Assembly: GCA_015233495.1 (NCBI GenBank)
Contig: JADFXQ010000014.1
Coordinates: 1-37,690 of the forward strand
Source: Candidatus Omnitrophota bacterium
Lineage (GTDB): Bacteria > Omnitrophota > Gorgyraeia > Zapsychrales > Zapsychraceae
Length of the DNA: 37,690 nt
Reading direction: 5' to 3'
Part shown: positions 18,701 through 27,239 of the stretch, in pieces
Position numbering within the stretch: the stretch's first letter is position 1
Layout: each line of letters begins with the position of its first letter
The notes under the pieces: model-generated
What the model saw: the letters and a program-made list of their open reading frames with translations, nothing else
What the model was told of the DNA's origin: nothing
Database searches by the model: none
Position numbers and translations under genes: made by a program

Positions 18701-18984
18701 CTGATTTCCGCGGTCAGCAAAAAACGGGTGGCGCGGTCGGCAAACTTTGGCGGCAGCGGTTGATTTTTTAATCCCGGAGCGCGAGCTAATTTAAATAACC
18801 CGGGTTCCGCAGGAGTCAATTTTGTTTTTAATTCTTCTATCCAGCCAGGGTGGGTGAAATCTCCCGTGCCGATGATGGTTACGCCCTTGAGTTTTGCCCA
18901 ATAGTCTAAGCCTTCGGGCGTCAATTCTTGGCTCGTGGCGAGAGAAAAATGAGAGTGAATGTGAAAATCGGCGATTAAGCGCAT
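15745..18984 (-). CDS. Endonuclease Q-like PHP domain fused to UvrD/Rep (SF1A) helicase
   Basis: N-terminal DFHIHSHFS, GTGDFTHP, PAHIWTPW, ETGLSSD, NSDAHS, GKYH..GHRKC, CPACG. C-terminal AGPGTGKT, IDEYQD, GDPNQAIYGFRGA, TIHAAKGLEF, EERRLLFVGMTRA. Confidence 0.92.
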   Translation of the reverse strand: MRLIADFHIHSHFSLATSQELTPEGLDYWAKLKGVTIIGTGDFTHPGWIEELKTKLTPAEPGLFKLARAPGLKNQPLPPKFADRATRFLLTAEISTIYKKNGKVRKIHNLLFAPDFKSVERLQKSLLKIGANITSDGRPIIGLDAKNLLAMALDASPEMLFIPAHIWTPWFSVLGSKSGFNSVEECFTDLSDQIYAVETGLSSDAPMNWLCPFLDRFTLIANSDAHSPDRLGRNANIFDIGLSYRELTAAVKSGDPRHCLGSIHLFPQEGKYHFDGHRKCGIGTSPLESLKLHNLCPACGKPLTIGVLNRVAALSGRADPLKRPRRLPFYSIIPLPEILAEIEHCGSGSKKVTQAYFQILNNLGPELPILLSTPLEEIRSKGYPLLATAIERLRQRRVYIEEGYDGEYGKITVFAKNEIPKLKQPNYLFETAFPEHPAAPAVRPLIPFDLKEYHAVVPGSFAAPDHPSNFIVPEDALPHLRGLNPEQRQAVQLDPGPALILAGPGTGKTKTLICRIIELVTNHGVNPRNILAITFTNKAAQEMRHRLQELSPTGLEVADFSVMTFHAFGQKIIKNNAAVYKRTERLGVVNEDQKRFLLKHCCGTPDSDLEKISSKISLIKQQTAATSQGVVKKYEKTLAEMDLVDFDDLQSGPLRLFAQFPDIRHRLREQYCHLLIDEYQDINPIQYELIRALMPDDQSSLFAIGDPNQAIYGFRGADIRFIRQFQKDYPQSRIISLRTSYRCSQAILQASTDVIATQNESPQMLESLSDGIKIRIAPQSTDQSEAEFIARAIEKQIGGTRFFSLDSGVADGHAHSDELGFADFAILCRVKALMPAIEKALNDHAIPYQKSGETPFFTQEPIATLIDSLRFFRHPQHPFILFKIQQAGLEKKLSALFKKLKTASPPLQEMFTDLIAQLLPDQIQANSANTLQQLLNLSLDFGNDPEGFLNYVDTAADSDNQVWGAQQVHLTTIHAAKGLEFACVFIAGCEDGLIPFHLYPNQTTDREEERRLLFVGMTRAKNQLILTRAQRRVINGRTFRLPESPFLLDIRRELFRLEAQNRRAKKSADHDQLKLFENR

Positions 18985-19772
18985 GGGGAAATTTTAGAGC
19001 ATAAATATTGCGAAGCTTTCGCGTAGATCGCTTGGGTTTGCGGAATATCCGGTAAAGTGGCGGCGATTTTTTCCAAATATTGCCCGTCTTTAATCAATTG
19101 AAAACTCGGCGGAAAGTTGATATCAAAAATCCACCCGATTTGCATGATTTTAAAATCATTGAGGGTCCGTAAGTCTTTCATGTCCGCGATCTGTTCCCGC
19201 AAAATGGCCTGATAAATTTTGTCGGAAATGACCGCCTCATCCGGCAAATCCAGAGCCACCGCTTTATCGGTGTTTCCTTTTTTGAGCTCCGCGTAGTATC
19301 CGGTGACGACGCGAAAAATATCCAGCTTATCGGCGTCGCGCACTAAGCGGCCGAAGAGCAATTCTGCCGGACTGGCGGGTTGCGGCAAAACTTTCGCGTT
19401 GTGATGGCCCACCGCGTAATAAATGATCGCGCGGGTTGCGGACGAAAGATGTTTTAATATTTCGGACTGCTGCAAAACCCGGACGCCGAGTTCGCCGTGA
19501 TTGATTGACCGGCTGTCCATAAAAGTGCGGTAATTTCGATACTGGTCAAAGCGGCCGATGTCATGGAATAAACCGATGGTCTGGGCTAAGCGCAGTTCGG
19601 GCGCCGCGAGGCCAAGCGCTTTGCCGATCCGGGCGTTAGCTTCGCACACTTTCAAGCTGTGGAGTTTTTTTAAATAAAAATTTTGCTGAAACTCATCGCT
19701 GTCCGCGGGCAAAGCGCTGGTATATTGGCCGAACCAGGATAAAAATAAAGTAAATTGTTGGGCGTTGATCAT
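18975..19772 (-). CDS. HD-domain metal-dependent phosphohydrolase
   Basis: LKKLHSLKV, GLFHDIGRF, NHG, GHHN, RDADKLDI; overlaps the start of the helicase gene. Confidence 0.9.
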   Translation of the reverse strand: MINAQQFTLFLSWFGQYTSALPADSDEFQQNFYLKKLHSLKVCEANARIGKALGLAAPELRLAQTIGLFHDIGRFDQYRNYRTFMDSRSINHGELGVRVLQQSEILKHLSSATRAIIYYAVGHHNAKVLPQPASPAELLFGRLVRDADKLDIFRVVTGYYAELKKGNTDKAVALDLPDEAVISDKIYQAILREQIADMKDLRTLNDFKIMQIGWIFDINFPPSFQLIKDGQYLEKIAATLPDIPQTQAIYAKASQYLCSKISPCA

Positions 19773-19847
19773 TGGCTTTCTTTCAAAGATTAAAATTTAT
19801 AGCACGCCGTCTTGGTTCTCACAAGATTTATTTGAAATTGAAAAACC

Positions 19848-19875
19848 TTGACAGGATGATATTTTTCAATATCCT
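19848..19875 (+). promoter_or_regulatory. Putative sigma70 promoter of the ABC-F gene
   Basis: TTGACA (19848-19853), 16 bp, TATCCT (19870-19875). Confidence 0.5.
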
Positions 19876-19930
19876 TTAAACGTCTCCTTTGATTCCCAGA
19901 GGCAAGCAATTACAAAGGCAAGCGGATAAT

Positions 19931-21547
19931 ATGATCTCGGCGAATAATATAAGTTTGCAATTTGGGCCGCGTAAACTGTTCGATAACGTGAATATCGCGT
20001 TTTCCAAAGGCAATTGCTATGGTTTGATCGGCGCTAATGGGTCGGGCAAATCAACTTTTTTAAAGATCCTCTCAGGGGCGCTCGAATCGACTACCGGGAC
20101 CATTGACCTGACTCCGGGAGAACGGGTGTCGATTTTGAAGCAGGATCAGTTCGCGTTTGATGAATATGCGGTGTTAACGACGGTGATTATGGGACACAAG
20201 CGTCTTTATGAAATCATCCAAAAAAAGGATGAGCTTTACGCTAAGCCGGATTTTACCGACGCGGACGGAGTTTTGGCTTCGGAGTTAGAAACGGAATTTT
20301 CCGAAATCGGCGGCTGGGACGCGGAATCGGAAGCGGCGCGGCTTTTGAGTGACCTGGGAATTGCCGCGGAATTGCAGCAACAGCCGATGAAAAATCTGGA
20401 GGCCTCGCAAAAAGTGCGGGTCTTGCTGGCGCAGGCCTTGTTTCACACTCCGGACGTTCTTTTGCTGGATGAACCTACTAATCAGTTAGACGTGGAAACC
20501 GCGCTTTGGCTGGAAGAATTTTTATACAATTTTCCCAACACGTCGATCGTGGTTTCGCATGACCGCCATTTCCTGGATCGGGTTTGCACGCATATCGCGG
20601 ATATTGATTTTGGCAAAATTCAACTTTACCCCGGGAATTTCGCCTTTTGGCAGCAGAGCAGTCAATTGGCGCTCAAGCAGCGGCAGGAGTCCAATAAAAA
20701 GGTGGAAGAAAAACGCAAAGAATTGCAGGATTTTATCGCGCGGTTCAGCGCCAACGCGTCAAAATCTCGCCAGGCGACTTCCCGCAAAAAACTTTTGGAA
20801 AAATTAACCATCGACGATATCAAGCCGTCTTCGCGGAAATATCCTTTTGTCGGTTTTCAACAAGAGAAAGAGGCGGGCAACGATATTCTTAATATTGATA
20901 ATTTGACGCTGGCGCTGGATGGAGAAGTGGCGCTGAAAAATTTCAACCTCTCCGTGAATAAAGGCGATAAAATCGCTTTTTTTGGCCGAAACGATAAGTG
21001 CAAAACCGCTTTATTCCAGGCAGTCATGGATGAAATCAAGCCTTTGAACGGTTCGTTAAAATGGGGAGCGTCCACTATCCGGGCATATTTCCCGAAAGAC
21101 AATGCGCAATATTTTGACACGGATTTGATTATTATCGATTGGCTGCGGCAATTCTCCAAAAGCACGGACGAAAATTTTATTCGCGGATTTTTGGGCCGCA
21201 TGCTTTTTTCCGGCGATGAATCGATGAAAAACGTCCGGGTCTTATCCGGCGGGGAAAAAGTCCGCTGTATGCTGTCGCGGATGATGCTCGCCCAAGCCAA
21301 TGTTCTAATTTTGGATGAGCCGACGAATCATCTGGACCTGGAATCGATTACCGCGCTCAATGAAGGCTTGGAACGTTTTAACGGCACGGTTTTATTTTCC
21401 ACGCACGACCATCAATTTGTCCAAACCGTAGCCAACCGTATCATTGAAGTCACGCCCCAAGGATATGTCGATCAGCAAGGGACAACCCTGGACGACTATT
21501 TAGCCGACGAACGGATTAAAGAACGACGCGCTTTGCTTTACGGATAA
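19931..21547 (+). CDS. ABC-F family ATPase (YbiT/YkpA-like)
   Basis: Two ABC domains without TM segments: GANGSGKST, LLLDEPTN, SHDRHFL, linker FIARFSANASKSRQATSRKK, LSGGEKVR, LDEPTNHLD. Start moved to ATG 19931. Confidence 0.95.
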   Translation: MISANNISLQFGPRKLFDNVNIAFSKGNCYGLIGANGSGKSTFLKILSGALESTTGTIDLTPGERVSILKQDQFAFDEYAVLTTVIMGHKRLYEIIQKKDELYAKPDFTDADGVLASELETEFSEIGGWDAESEAARLLSDLGIAAELQQQPMKNLEASQKVRVLLAQALFHTPDVLLLDEPTNQLDVETALWLEEFLYNFPNTSIVVSHDRHFLDRVCTHIADIDFGKIQLYPGNFAFWQQSSQLALKQRQESNKKVEEKRKELQDFIARFSANASKSRQATSRKKLLEKLTIDDIKPSSRKYPFVGFQQEKEAGNDILNIDNLTLALDGEVALKNFNLSVNKGDKIAFFGRNDKCKTALFQAVMDEIKPLNGSLKWGASTIRAYFPKDNAQYFDTDLIIIDWLRQFSKSTDENFIRGFLGRMLFSGDESMKNVRVLSGGEKVRCMLSRMMLAQANVLILDEPTNHLDLESITALNEGLERFNGTVLFSTHDHQFVQTVANRIIEVTPQGYVDQQGTTLDDYLADERIKERRALLYG

Positions 21548-21646
21548 TCTAAGCCGTCCACGAATTATCCTGCCGGTCAGACTATGCCCACCGATATTTT
21601 TGATTCCACCCTTGATTCCCACTCGCTTGTTTCTATAATGTTATTT

Positions 21647-22348
21647 ATGGTCAATAAAGTTTTGCGCCTTTTATTTTGCTTTTTGTTGGTTGGCTGTTTC
21701 CGCGGCTCCGTTATCAGGGCTGAAGAAGCCCAACCGCTGGATTCGCAAACCGAAGCAAAGATCCTGGATTTTATTCAAACCGGCACAACGAACGCTTTGT
21801 TGGTTAAAAACAGTGAAATTATCCGTCGGGTAGTGGAACAAAACAACCTCCAATTATTTCCCGCCGTAGTTTATAACGCCATCAATCAGACCGTGACACA
21901 GCTTTTTAACCAAGCCGAGACCCGGGATTTCATCACGAATATGGCCCGGGATAATTACAATTACGCGGTCGAGAGTTTTAAACAAAACGTTGACGGCCAG
22001 ACTCTGCAAATCGAACTCAAGAGTCGCATTGAGGCCGCGGTCAATCAATTGGCGGATAAGGACATCTACCATCGAATTATTGAAGAAATGCTGCGTTTGG
22101 CGCAAGCGCAGCAGCAGAAAATGATTGCTTTAACCGTGGCCCAGCAGCAGATGCAGCTCGCGGAAATGGAACAGCGGTATAAAATGGCGCAAGCGGCTAT
22201 TATCCAGCAGATGCAGCAGGCCATTATGGAGCAATTGGTTAACCAGCAGATCCAACAAGCGCAAATTAACCAGCAGATCGAACAAGCCAAAGCGCAGCAA
22301 GCCCAGCTCCAAGCGGCTAATCAGCAGAATCAATGGCAGCACCGGTAG
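21647..22348 (+). CDS. Hypothetical exported protein with Gln/Ala-rich coiled-coil C-terminus
   Basis: Signal-peptide-like MVNKVLRLLFCFLLVGCFRGSVIRA/EE and a Q-rich tail. Start uncertain (21584, 21638 or 21647). Confidence 0.7.
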   Translation: MVNKVLRLLFCFLLVGCFRGSVIRAEEAQPLDSQTEAKILDFIQTGTTNALLVKNSEIIRRVVEQNNLQLFPAVVYNAINQTVTQLFNQAETRDFITNMARDNYNYAVESFKQNVDGQTLQIELKSRIEAAVNQLADKDIYHRIIEEMLRLAQAQQQKMIALTVAQQQMQLAEMEQRYKMAQAAIIQQMQQAIMEQLVNQQIQQAQINQQIEQAKAQQAQLQAANQQNQWQHR

Positions 22349-22416
22349 TCTTGCGGCGGCCGCGGGCAGGGAACGGGATTTATCGCTGAGGGAATGTTTG
22401 TAAAAAAGGACCCGAT

Positions 22417-22797
22417 ATGGGCAAAGCAATAAAACTTTTGATAGTCGACGATGATCCGGTGCTTTTGCGCATGGCGCAAGAGCGTTTTAAACAGGAGGGT
22501 TTTACGCCGATTGTTGCCCAGGAGGCAGCGGAAGGATTGCAAATCGCGATGGCGCAAACCCCTGATTTGATCGTTCTCGATGTAATGATGCCGATTATCA
22601 ATGGGTACAATTTTTGCCGCCTTTTAAAGTCGGATGCGGTCCGCAAAAACATCCCGGTCATTTTTCTCACGTCACGCGATACTGCGCAGGACGTCCAATT
22701 CGGCAAAGAATCCGGCGCGGACGCTTACTTAACCAAGCCGGTGAACTTTGACCTGCTGCTGCAAAAAATTTATCAGCTGTTGCCACGAGAATCTTAA
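22417..22797 (+). CDS. Single-domain response regulator receiver protein
   Basis: LIVDDD, DLIVLDVMMP, IPVIFLTS, GADAYLTKP. Confidence 0.95.
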   Translation: MGKAIKLLIVDDDPVLLRMAQERFKQEGFTPIVAQEAAEGLQIAMAQTPDLIVLDVMMPIINGYNFCRLLKSDAVRKNIPVIFLTSRDTAQDVQFGKESGADAYLTKPVNFDLLLQKIYQLLPRES

Positions 22798-22808
22798 GCG
22801 GGGTTTCC

Positions 22809-23621
22809 ATGCTTAAATACGCGGAAAAAATCGGAATTTTGGTCTTGAATTGGCTGCAAATCGCCTTGGCAGGAACCCGGCTTTTATTTGAAACCGTTTA
22901 TTGGATTTTTGTCGGCCCGTTTCGTTTTTCCCCGCAACGGCGCAAACCCATTGACCGCAAAACCGTATTTCAGCAAATGGTTTTTATGGGCTGTGATTCG
23001 ATTGTGATTGTTTTTTTTGTCACTTTTTTTACCGGCATTGTTTTGGCTATGCAAGCCGCACATCAGTTAGAAAAAATGGGCGGGATTATTTATGTCGCCA
23101 GTTTGGTTTCTATTTCTCTTTGCCGTGAATTGGGGCCGGTATTAACTGCCTTAGTTTTAGCCGGACGGATCGGCGCCGCGATCACCGCGGAGATTGGTTC
23201 GATGAAAGTCAATGAACAGATTGAAGCTTTAGAAACTATGGCGATCAGTCCGGTGCGCTACTTAGTTGTCCCAAAATTTTTGGCTTTGTTTTTTATGCTT
23301 CCGGTTTTGACCGTGATCGGCGATGTATCCGGAATGTTTGGCGGTTTTGTCATTGGCACGCAAAATTTGCATATCAACCCGGGTTTATATACGCAGACCG
23401 CGTTCAAATTTTTAACCTTAAAGGATATTTATACCGGCATATCGAAAAGTTTTGTTTTCGCGGTGATCATCGTGCTGGTCGGTGTTTATCAGGGTTTGAA
23501 AACGCAAGGCGGCGCGGTGGGCGTTGGCCGATCGACCACGGTTAGCGTGGTTACCAGTTTTATCATGATAATTATCGCGGACGCGCTGCTCACCGGGATT
23601 TATTTTTTTGCGGATATGTAA
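22809..23621 (+). CDS. mlaE: MlaE family ABC permease
   Basis: RELGPVLTALVLAGRIGAAITAEIGSMKVNEQIEALETM, GGAVGVGRSTT. Confidence 0.95.
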   Translation: MLKYAEKIGILVLNWLQIALAGTRLLFETVYWIFVGPFRFSPQRRKPIDRKTVFQQMVFMGCDSIVIVFFVTFFTGIVLAMQAAHQLEKMGGIIYVASLVSISLCRELGPVLTALVLAGRIGAAITAEIGSMKVNEQIEALETMAISPVRYLVVPKFLALFFMLPVLTVIGDVSGMFGGFVIGTQNLHINPGLYTQTAFKFLTLKDIYTGISKSFVFAVIIVLVGVYQGLKTQGGAVGVGRSTTVSVVTSFIMIIIADALLTGIYFFADM

Positions 23622-23625
23622 AAAC

Positions 23626-24387
23626 ATGACAGACACAATTATCGCAGTAGAAAAAATCGAAAAATATTACAATGGCCGCAAAGTGTTGAACGGGGTTTCC
23701 TTTGATGTGCGCCGCGGTGAAATATTCGTGATCATGGGCGGGTCCGGTTGCGGAAAAAGCACGCTTTTAAGGGTAATGGCGGGCGGAGTTGAGCCCAGCC
23801 GCGGCCGGATTTTTTTCAACGGCCAAGATATGAGCGGATTCGCCGGGGAAGAAAAAGAAAAAATCCGCCGGCGGTTTGGCATGAGTTTTCAATCCGCGGC
23901 GTTGTTGGACTTTTTGACGGTGGAAGAAAATGTCAGTTTGCCTTTGCGCGAGCATACCCGTTTGGCTCCGGAAATTATCAGCATGATTGCCCAGATGAAA
24001 CTGAAATTGGTCGGCTTGCCGGGTTTTGAAACCTATTTGCCTTCCGAACTATCGGGAGGAATGAAAAAACGGGCGGGTCTGGCTCGGGCGATCGCTCTGG
24101 ATCCGGAGATTGTTTTTTATGATGAGCCTACCGCGGGTTTAGACCCGGTGGTTTGCGCGGTGATTGACAAGCTGATTGTTGATTTGACGAAAAAATTAAA
24201 AATCACCTCCATTGTCGTGACCCATAATATGGAGAGCGTTTTTCGTATCGCGGACCGCGTTGCCATGCTTTATAACGGCAACCTTTTGCAAGTTGGGACC
24301 GCGCAGGAGATTCGCAATTCTTCGGATCCGATCGTCCAGCAATTTATTAAAGGTGAAATCGAAGGCCCAATTCAGTCTGTGGATTGA
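23626..24387 (+). CDS. mlaF: MlaF family ABC ATPase
   Basis: GGSGCGKST, PSELSGGMKKRAGLARA, YDEPTAGLDP. Start moved to ATG 23626. Confidence 0.95.
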   Translation: MTDTIIAVEKIEKYYNGRKVLNGVSFDVRRGEIFVIMGGSGCGKSTLLRVMAGGVEPSRGRIFFNGQDMSGFAGEEKEKIRRRFGMSFQSAALLDFLTVEENVSLPLREHTRLAPEIISMIAQMKLKLVGLPGFETYLPSELSGGMKKRAGLARAIALDPEIVFYDEPTAGLDPVVCAVIDKLIVDLTKKLKITSIVVTHNMESVFRIADRVAMLYNGNLLQVGTAQEIRNSSDPIVQQFIKGEIEGPIQSVD

Positions 24388-24437
24388 GGCAGCCAGGGAC
24401 TTAAGACGGGGACAGAATAATTAAAAAAGGCGCGGAT

Positions 24438-25160
24438 ATGAAAATCAATAATGAAATGAAAATTGGGCTGGTGGTCATCGCGGCGGCCGCGATCCTCCTG
24501 GGGCTCACGGTCAAAGCCGGTAATTTTAACCTTAAGCGGGATGGATATCGGGTTAAGGTGATTTTTAATGACATTGACGGCGTCAAAATCAATTCACCGG
24601 TCATGGTGAATGGTTTTGAGATCGGCCAGGTGGAAGATGTCGCTATTCAGCCCATGGGCGTGGAATTGACCTTATGGATTAAAAATAAGGCTAAGTTAAA
24701 AGAAGGTACAAAAGCTATTATTAAAAATTTGGGGTTTATGGGCGAAAAATATGTCGCGCTTACGGCCGGTTCGCCTTCCGCGGAATATTTACAGCCGGGA
24801 GCCGTGATTCACGGTCAAGCTCCGGTGGATTTTGCCCAGCTCTTGGGGGATGGCCATCAATTCATCGGGCAATTGAGCGACATCGCCGGCAATGTTAACG
24901 CCCGGCTTAAAACCAATGAAAAAAATATCGATCAAATTTTAACGAATTGCAACGCTTTAGTCGCGAATATGAACTCGGCCAGCCTAAAAATCGATCAGGC
25001 TTTAAGCGCGAACAAAGGCAACATCGACGGAATATTATCGCATCTGAACGTGCTTTCCCAGCATTTGGAATCCGCCGCAGTCAATTTGGATGAGATGAGT
25101 TATGATCTTAAAAAGAATCCCTGGAAGCTCTTGCGCCGGGAAAGCAATAAAACGAAATAA
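24438..25160 (+). CDS. mlaD: MlaD/MCE family protein
   Basis: N-terminal TM, FNDIDGVKINSPVMVNGFEIGQV, GFMGEKYVAL, helical tail ending NPWKLL. Confidence 0.93.
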   Translation: MKINNEMKIGLVVIAAAAILLGLTVKAGNFNLKRDGYRVKVIFNDIDGVKINSPVMVNGFEIGQVEDVAIQPMGVELTLWIKNKAKLKEGTKAIIKNLGFMGEKYVALTAGSPSAEYLQPGAVIHGQAPVDFAQLLGDGHQFIGQLSDIAGNVNARLKTNEKNIDQILTNCNALVANMNSASLKIDQALSANKGNIDGILSHLNVLSQHLESAAVNLDEMSYDLKKNPWKLLRRESNKTK

Positions 25161-25180
25161 GCCGATATTTATCAAAGGTG

Positions 25181-25209
25181 TTGACAAGCGGGAGAGTTTG
25201 TATAAAACT
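25181..25209 (+). promoter_or_regulatory. Putative promoter of the ech operon
   Basis: Perfect TTGACA (25181-25186) followed by TGTATAAAACT; exact -10 ambiguous. Confidence 0.45.
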
Positions 25210-25303
25210 ATTAAAAATTATTGATCTGCTTCCAGGATGGAAGACGCTGTAAAATATCCGTTGGTCACTTAGGCGTTCACAGAACCCGCGACTGTCAATC
25301 ACC

Positions 25304-25333
25304 GGCCAGAGATTTTTCTCTGGTTATTTTTTT
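25304..25333 (+). terminator. Intrinsic terminator-like hairpin in the ech leader
   Basis: GGCCAGAGA-TTTT-TCTCTGGTT followed by ATTTTTTT, about 14 nt before the echA ATG. Confidence 0.55.
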
Positions 25334-25346
25334 AATCCCGAGCATT

Positions 25347-27239
25347 ATGGACACAACTTTTATTCCGGTTTCTTTAGTCATTGTTCCCGCCATCGCCGCT
25401 TTTTTGCTGCTCATTTTTCGCGGCAGCAAGGCGAAAAATTTTATCGTGATCAGCGCTTCCGCGTTGATCGCTTTGGGTTCACTCGTTTTATTTTTCCTTA
25501 ATAATATGGAGGGGTTAATCCGTTTTAAATTGGATATTCCCGGCGTATCGGCAGGGATGCTGGGAATTGAAATTTTCATGGCTTTGTTTATCATTTTCAT
25601 CGCCTTGCGAAATGGCAAATCTTTAGTGGCGTTGCTGGCTTTGATTCAGGTTTGTCTGCTGACCGGGTTTGAATTGCGTTATGGCCATGCCTTGATTGTG
25701 GCGAATGATGTGTTCATTGACACTTTTTCCGTGATTATGGCTTTGATTATCGGGGTAATTGGCACCTTGATCGCGGTCTATTCTTTGGGATATATGCGCT
25801 CGTTTCACCGCTTGCATGCCGGCGAGTTTCCGGATAGACAACCGATGTTCTTTTTCATAATTTTTGTCTTTTTAGCAGCCATGTTTGGCATTGTTTTCTC
25901 TAATAATTTGCTTTGGCTGTATTTCTTTTGGGAAATCACCACGCTCAGCTCTTTTTTACTGATTGGGTATAAAGGGAACGCGGAATCAGCTCAAAATGCC
26001 TTTCGGGCGCTGCTTTATAACTTGATCGGCGGGTTATTTTTCGCGGTAGCGATTGTCTGGATGCATTTTTTTGCCGGCACGATTGAAATGGACAAACTCA
26101 TGGTCATGCACAAGGCAGTGGTGATGTTTCCGGTTATGTTATTATGTTTCGCCGGGTTGACTAAATCCGCGCAATTGCCTTTTTCGTCGTGGTTAGTAGG
26201 CGCGATGGTCGCTCCCAGTCCGGTATCCGCTTTATTGCATTCCAGCACCATGGTGAAAGCCGGCGTTTATTTGATCGTCCGGTTTGCCGGGGTTTTGGAA
26301 GGCACGGTTGTGGGCCTGATGATCGCTTTAGTGGGGGGCATCACGTTTTTATTGACCACGTTTATCGCCGTATCGCAAAGCGACGCGAAAAAAGTTTTGG
26401 CATATTCAACCATCGCGAATTTGGGGCTAATCGTGATGTGCGCCGGCATTGGCACTTATCAAGCGGTCTGGGCGGCGATTTTATTGATCATTTTTCACGC
26501 GGTGGCCAAAGGTTTATTATTCTTATGCGTGGGCGTGATTGAACATAAACTGCATAGCCGGGACATTGAAGATATGACCGGCCTAATTATCAAGATGCCC
26601 AAAATGTCGATTATGCTGCAGGTGGGCATGGCGGGGATGTTTTTAGCGCCTTTCGGCATGCTGATCAGCAAATGGGCGGTTTTACGCGCTTTGGTGGATT
26701 ATAACCCGTTGTTAACCATATTTTTAGTTTTTGGCTCGTCGGCCACGCTTTTTTTCTGGGTAAAGTGGATGGGACAATTGCTGTGCGTGCTGAAAGAAGA
26801 AGAGGATGATGAGACTGGGATTAGCCGCGCGGAATGGATGCCATTGACTACCTTGACTATTTTTACAGTCGGGGTCTGCGCTTTTTTCCCCTTGATTGCC
26901 AAAACCATGATCGAGCCCTTCATCCGCCAAATGTATAACGCCACAGTGACTATGGGGCAGGGCAACATTATGATCATGCTTATTATGCTGGCTATGGTAA
27001 TGTTGTTCCCATTGAGCTTTTTTTATTACGGTAAAAAAGTCAAAGTTGTGGACGCGTATTTGTCCGGAGCGAACACCGCCATAGGAACGAGTTTCACCAA
27101 TTCGTTGGGCGGCGCTACTCCCATGGAAATGAAGAATTATTATCTGAAACGGTATTTTCAAGAAGAAAAATTATTAAGGATCGGCGTCGCGGTTTGCATC
27201 TTTTTGATGTGCGCGGCAACTTTCATTTTTGTCTCATGA
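25347..27239 (+). CDS. echA: Ech hydrogenase subunit A (NuoL-like antiporter subunit)
   Basis: WEITT, KSAQLPFSSWLVGAMVAPSPVSALLHSSTMVKAGVY, KKVLAYSTIANLG, MFLAPFGMLISKW. Start moved to ATG 25347. Confidence 0.93.
   Translation: MDTTFIPVSLVIVPAIAAFLLLIFRGSKAKNFIVISASALIALGSLVLFFLNNMEGLIRFKLDIPGVSAGMLGIEIFMALFIIFIALRNGKSLVALLALIQVCLLTGFELRYGHALIVANDVFIDTFSVIMALIIGVIGTLIAVYSLGYMRSFHRLHAGEFPDRQPMFFFIIFVFLAAMFGIVFSNNLLWLYFFWEITTLSSFLLIGYKGNAESAQNAFRALLYNLIGGLFFAVAIVWMHFFAGTIEMDKLMVMHKAVVMFPVMLLCFAGLTKSAQLPFSSWLVGAMVAPSPVSALLHSSTMVKAGVYLIVRFAGVLEGTVVGLMIALVGGITFLLTTFIAVSQSDAKKVLAYSTIANLGLIVMCAGIGTYQAVWAAILLIIFHAVAKGLLFLCVGVIEHKLHSRDIEDMTGLIIKMPKMSIMLQVGMAGMFLAPFGMLISKWAVLRALVDYNPLLTIFLVFGSSATLFFWVKWMGQLLCVLKEEEDDETGISRAEWMPLTTLTIFTVGVCAFFPLIAKTMIEPFIRQMYNATVTMGQGNIMIMLIMLAMVMLFPLSFFYYGKKVKVVDAYLSGANTAIGTSFTNSLGGATPMEMKNYYLKRYFQEEKLLRIGVAVCIFLMCAATFIFVS

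Noticed and set aside
19900..19923. AGGCAAGC direct repeat in the ABC-F leader as a regulatory site
   Set aside because: Two 8-mers only, with no supporting structure or leader peptide.
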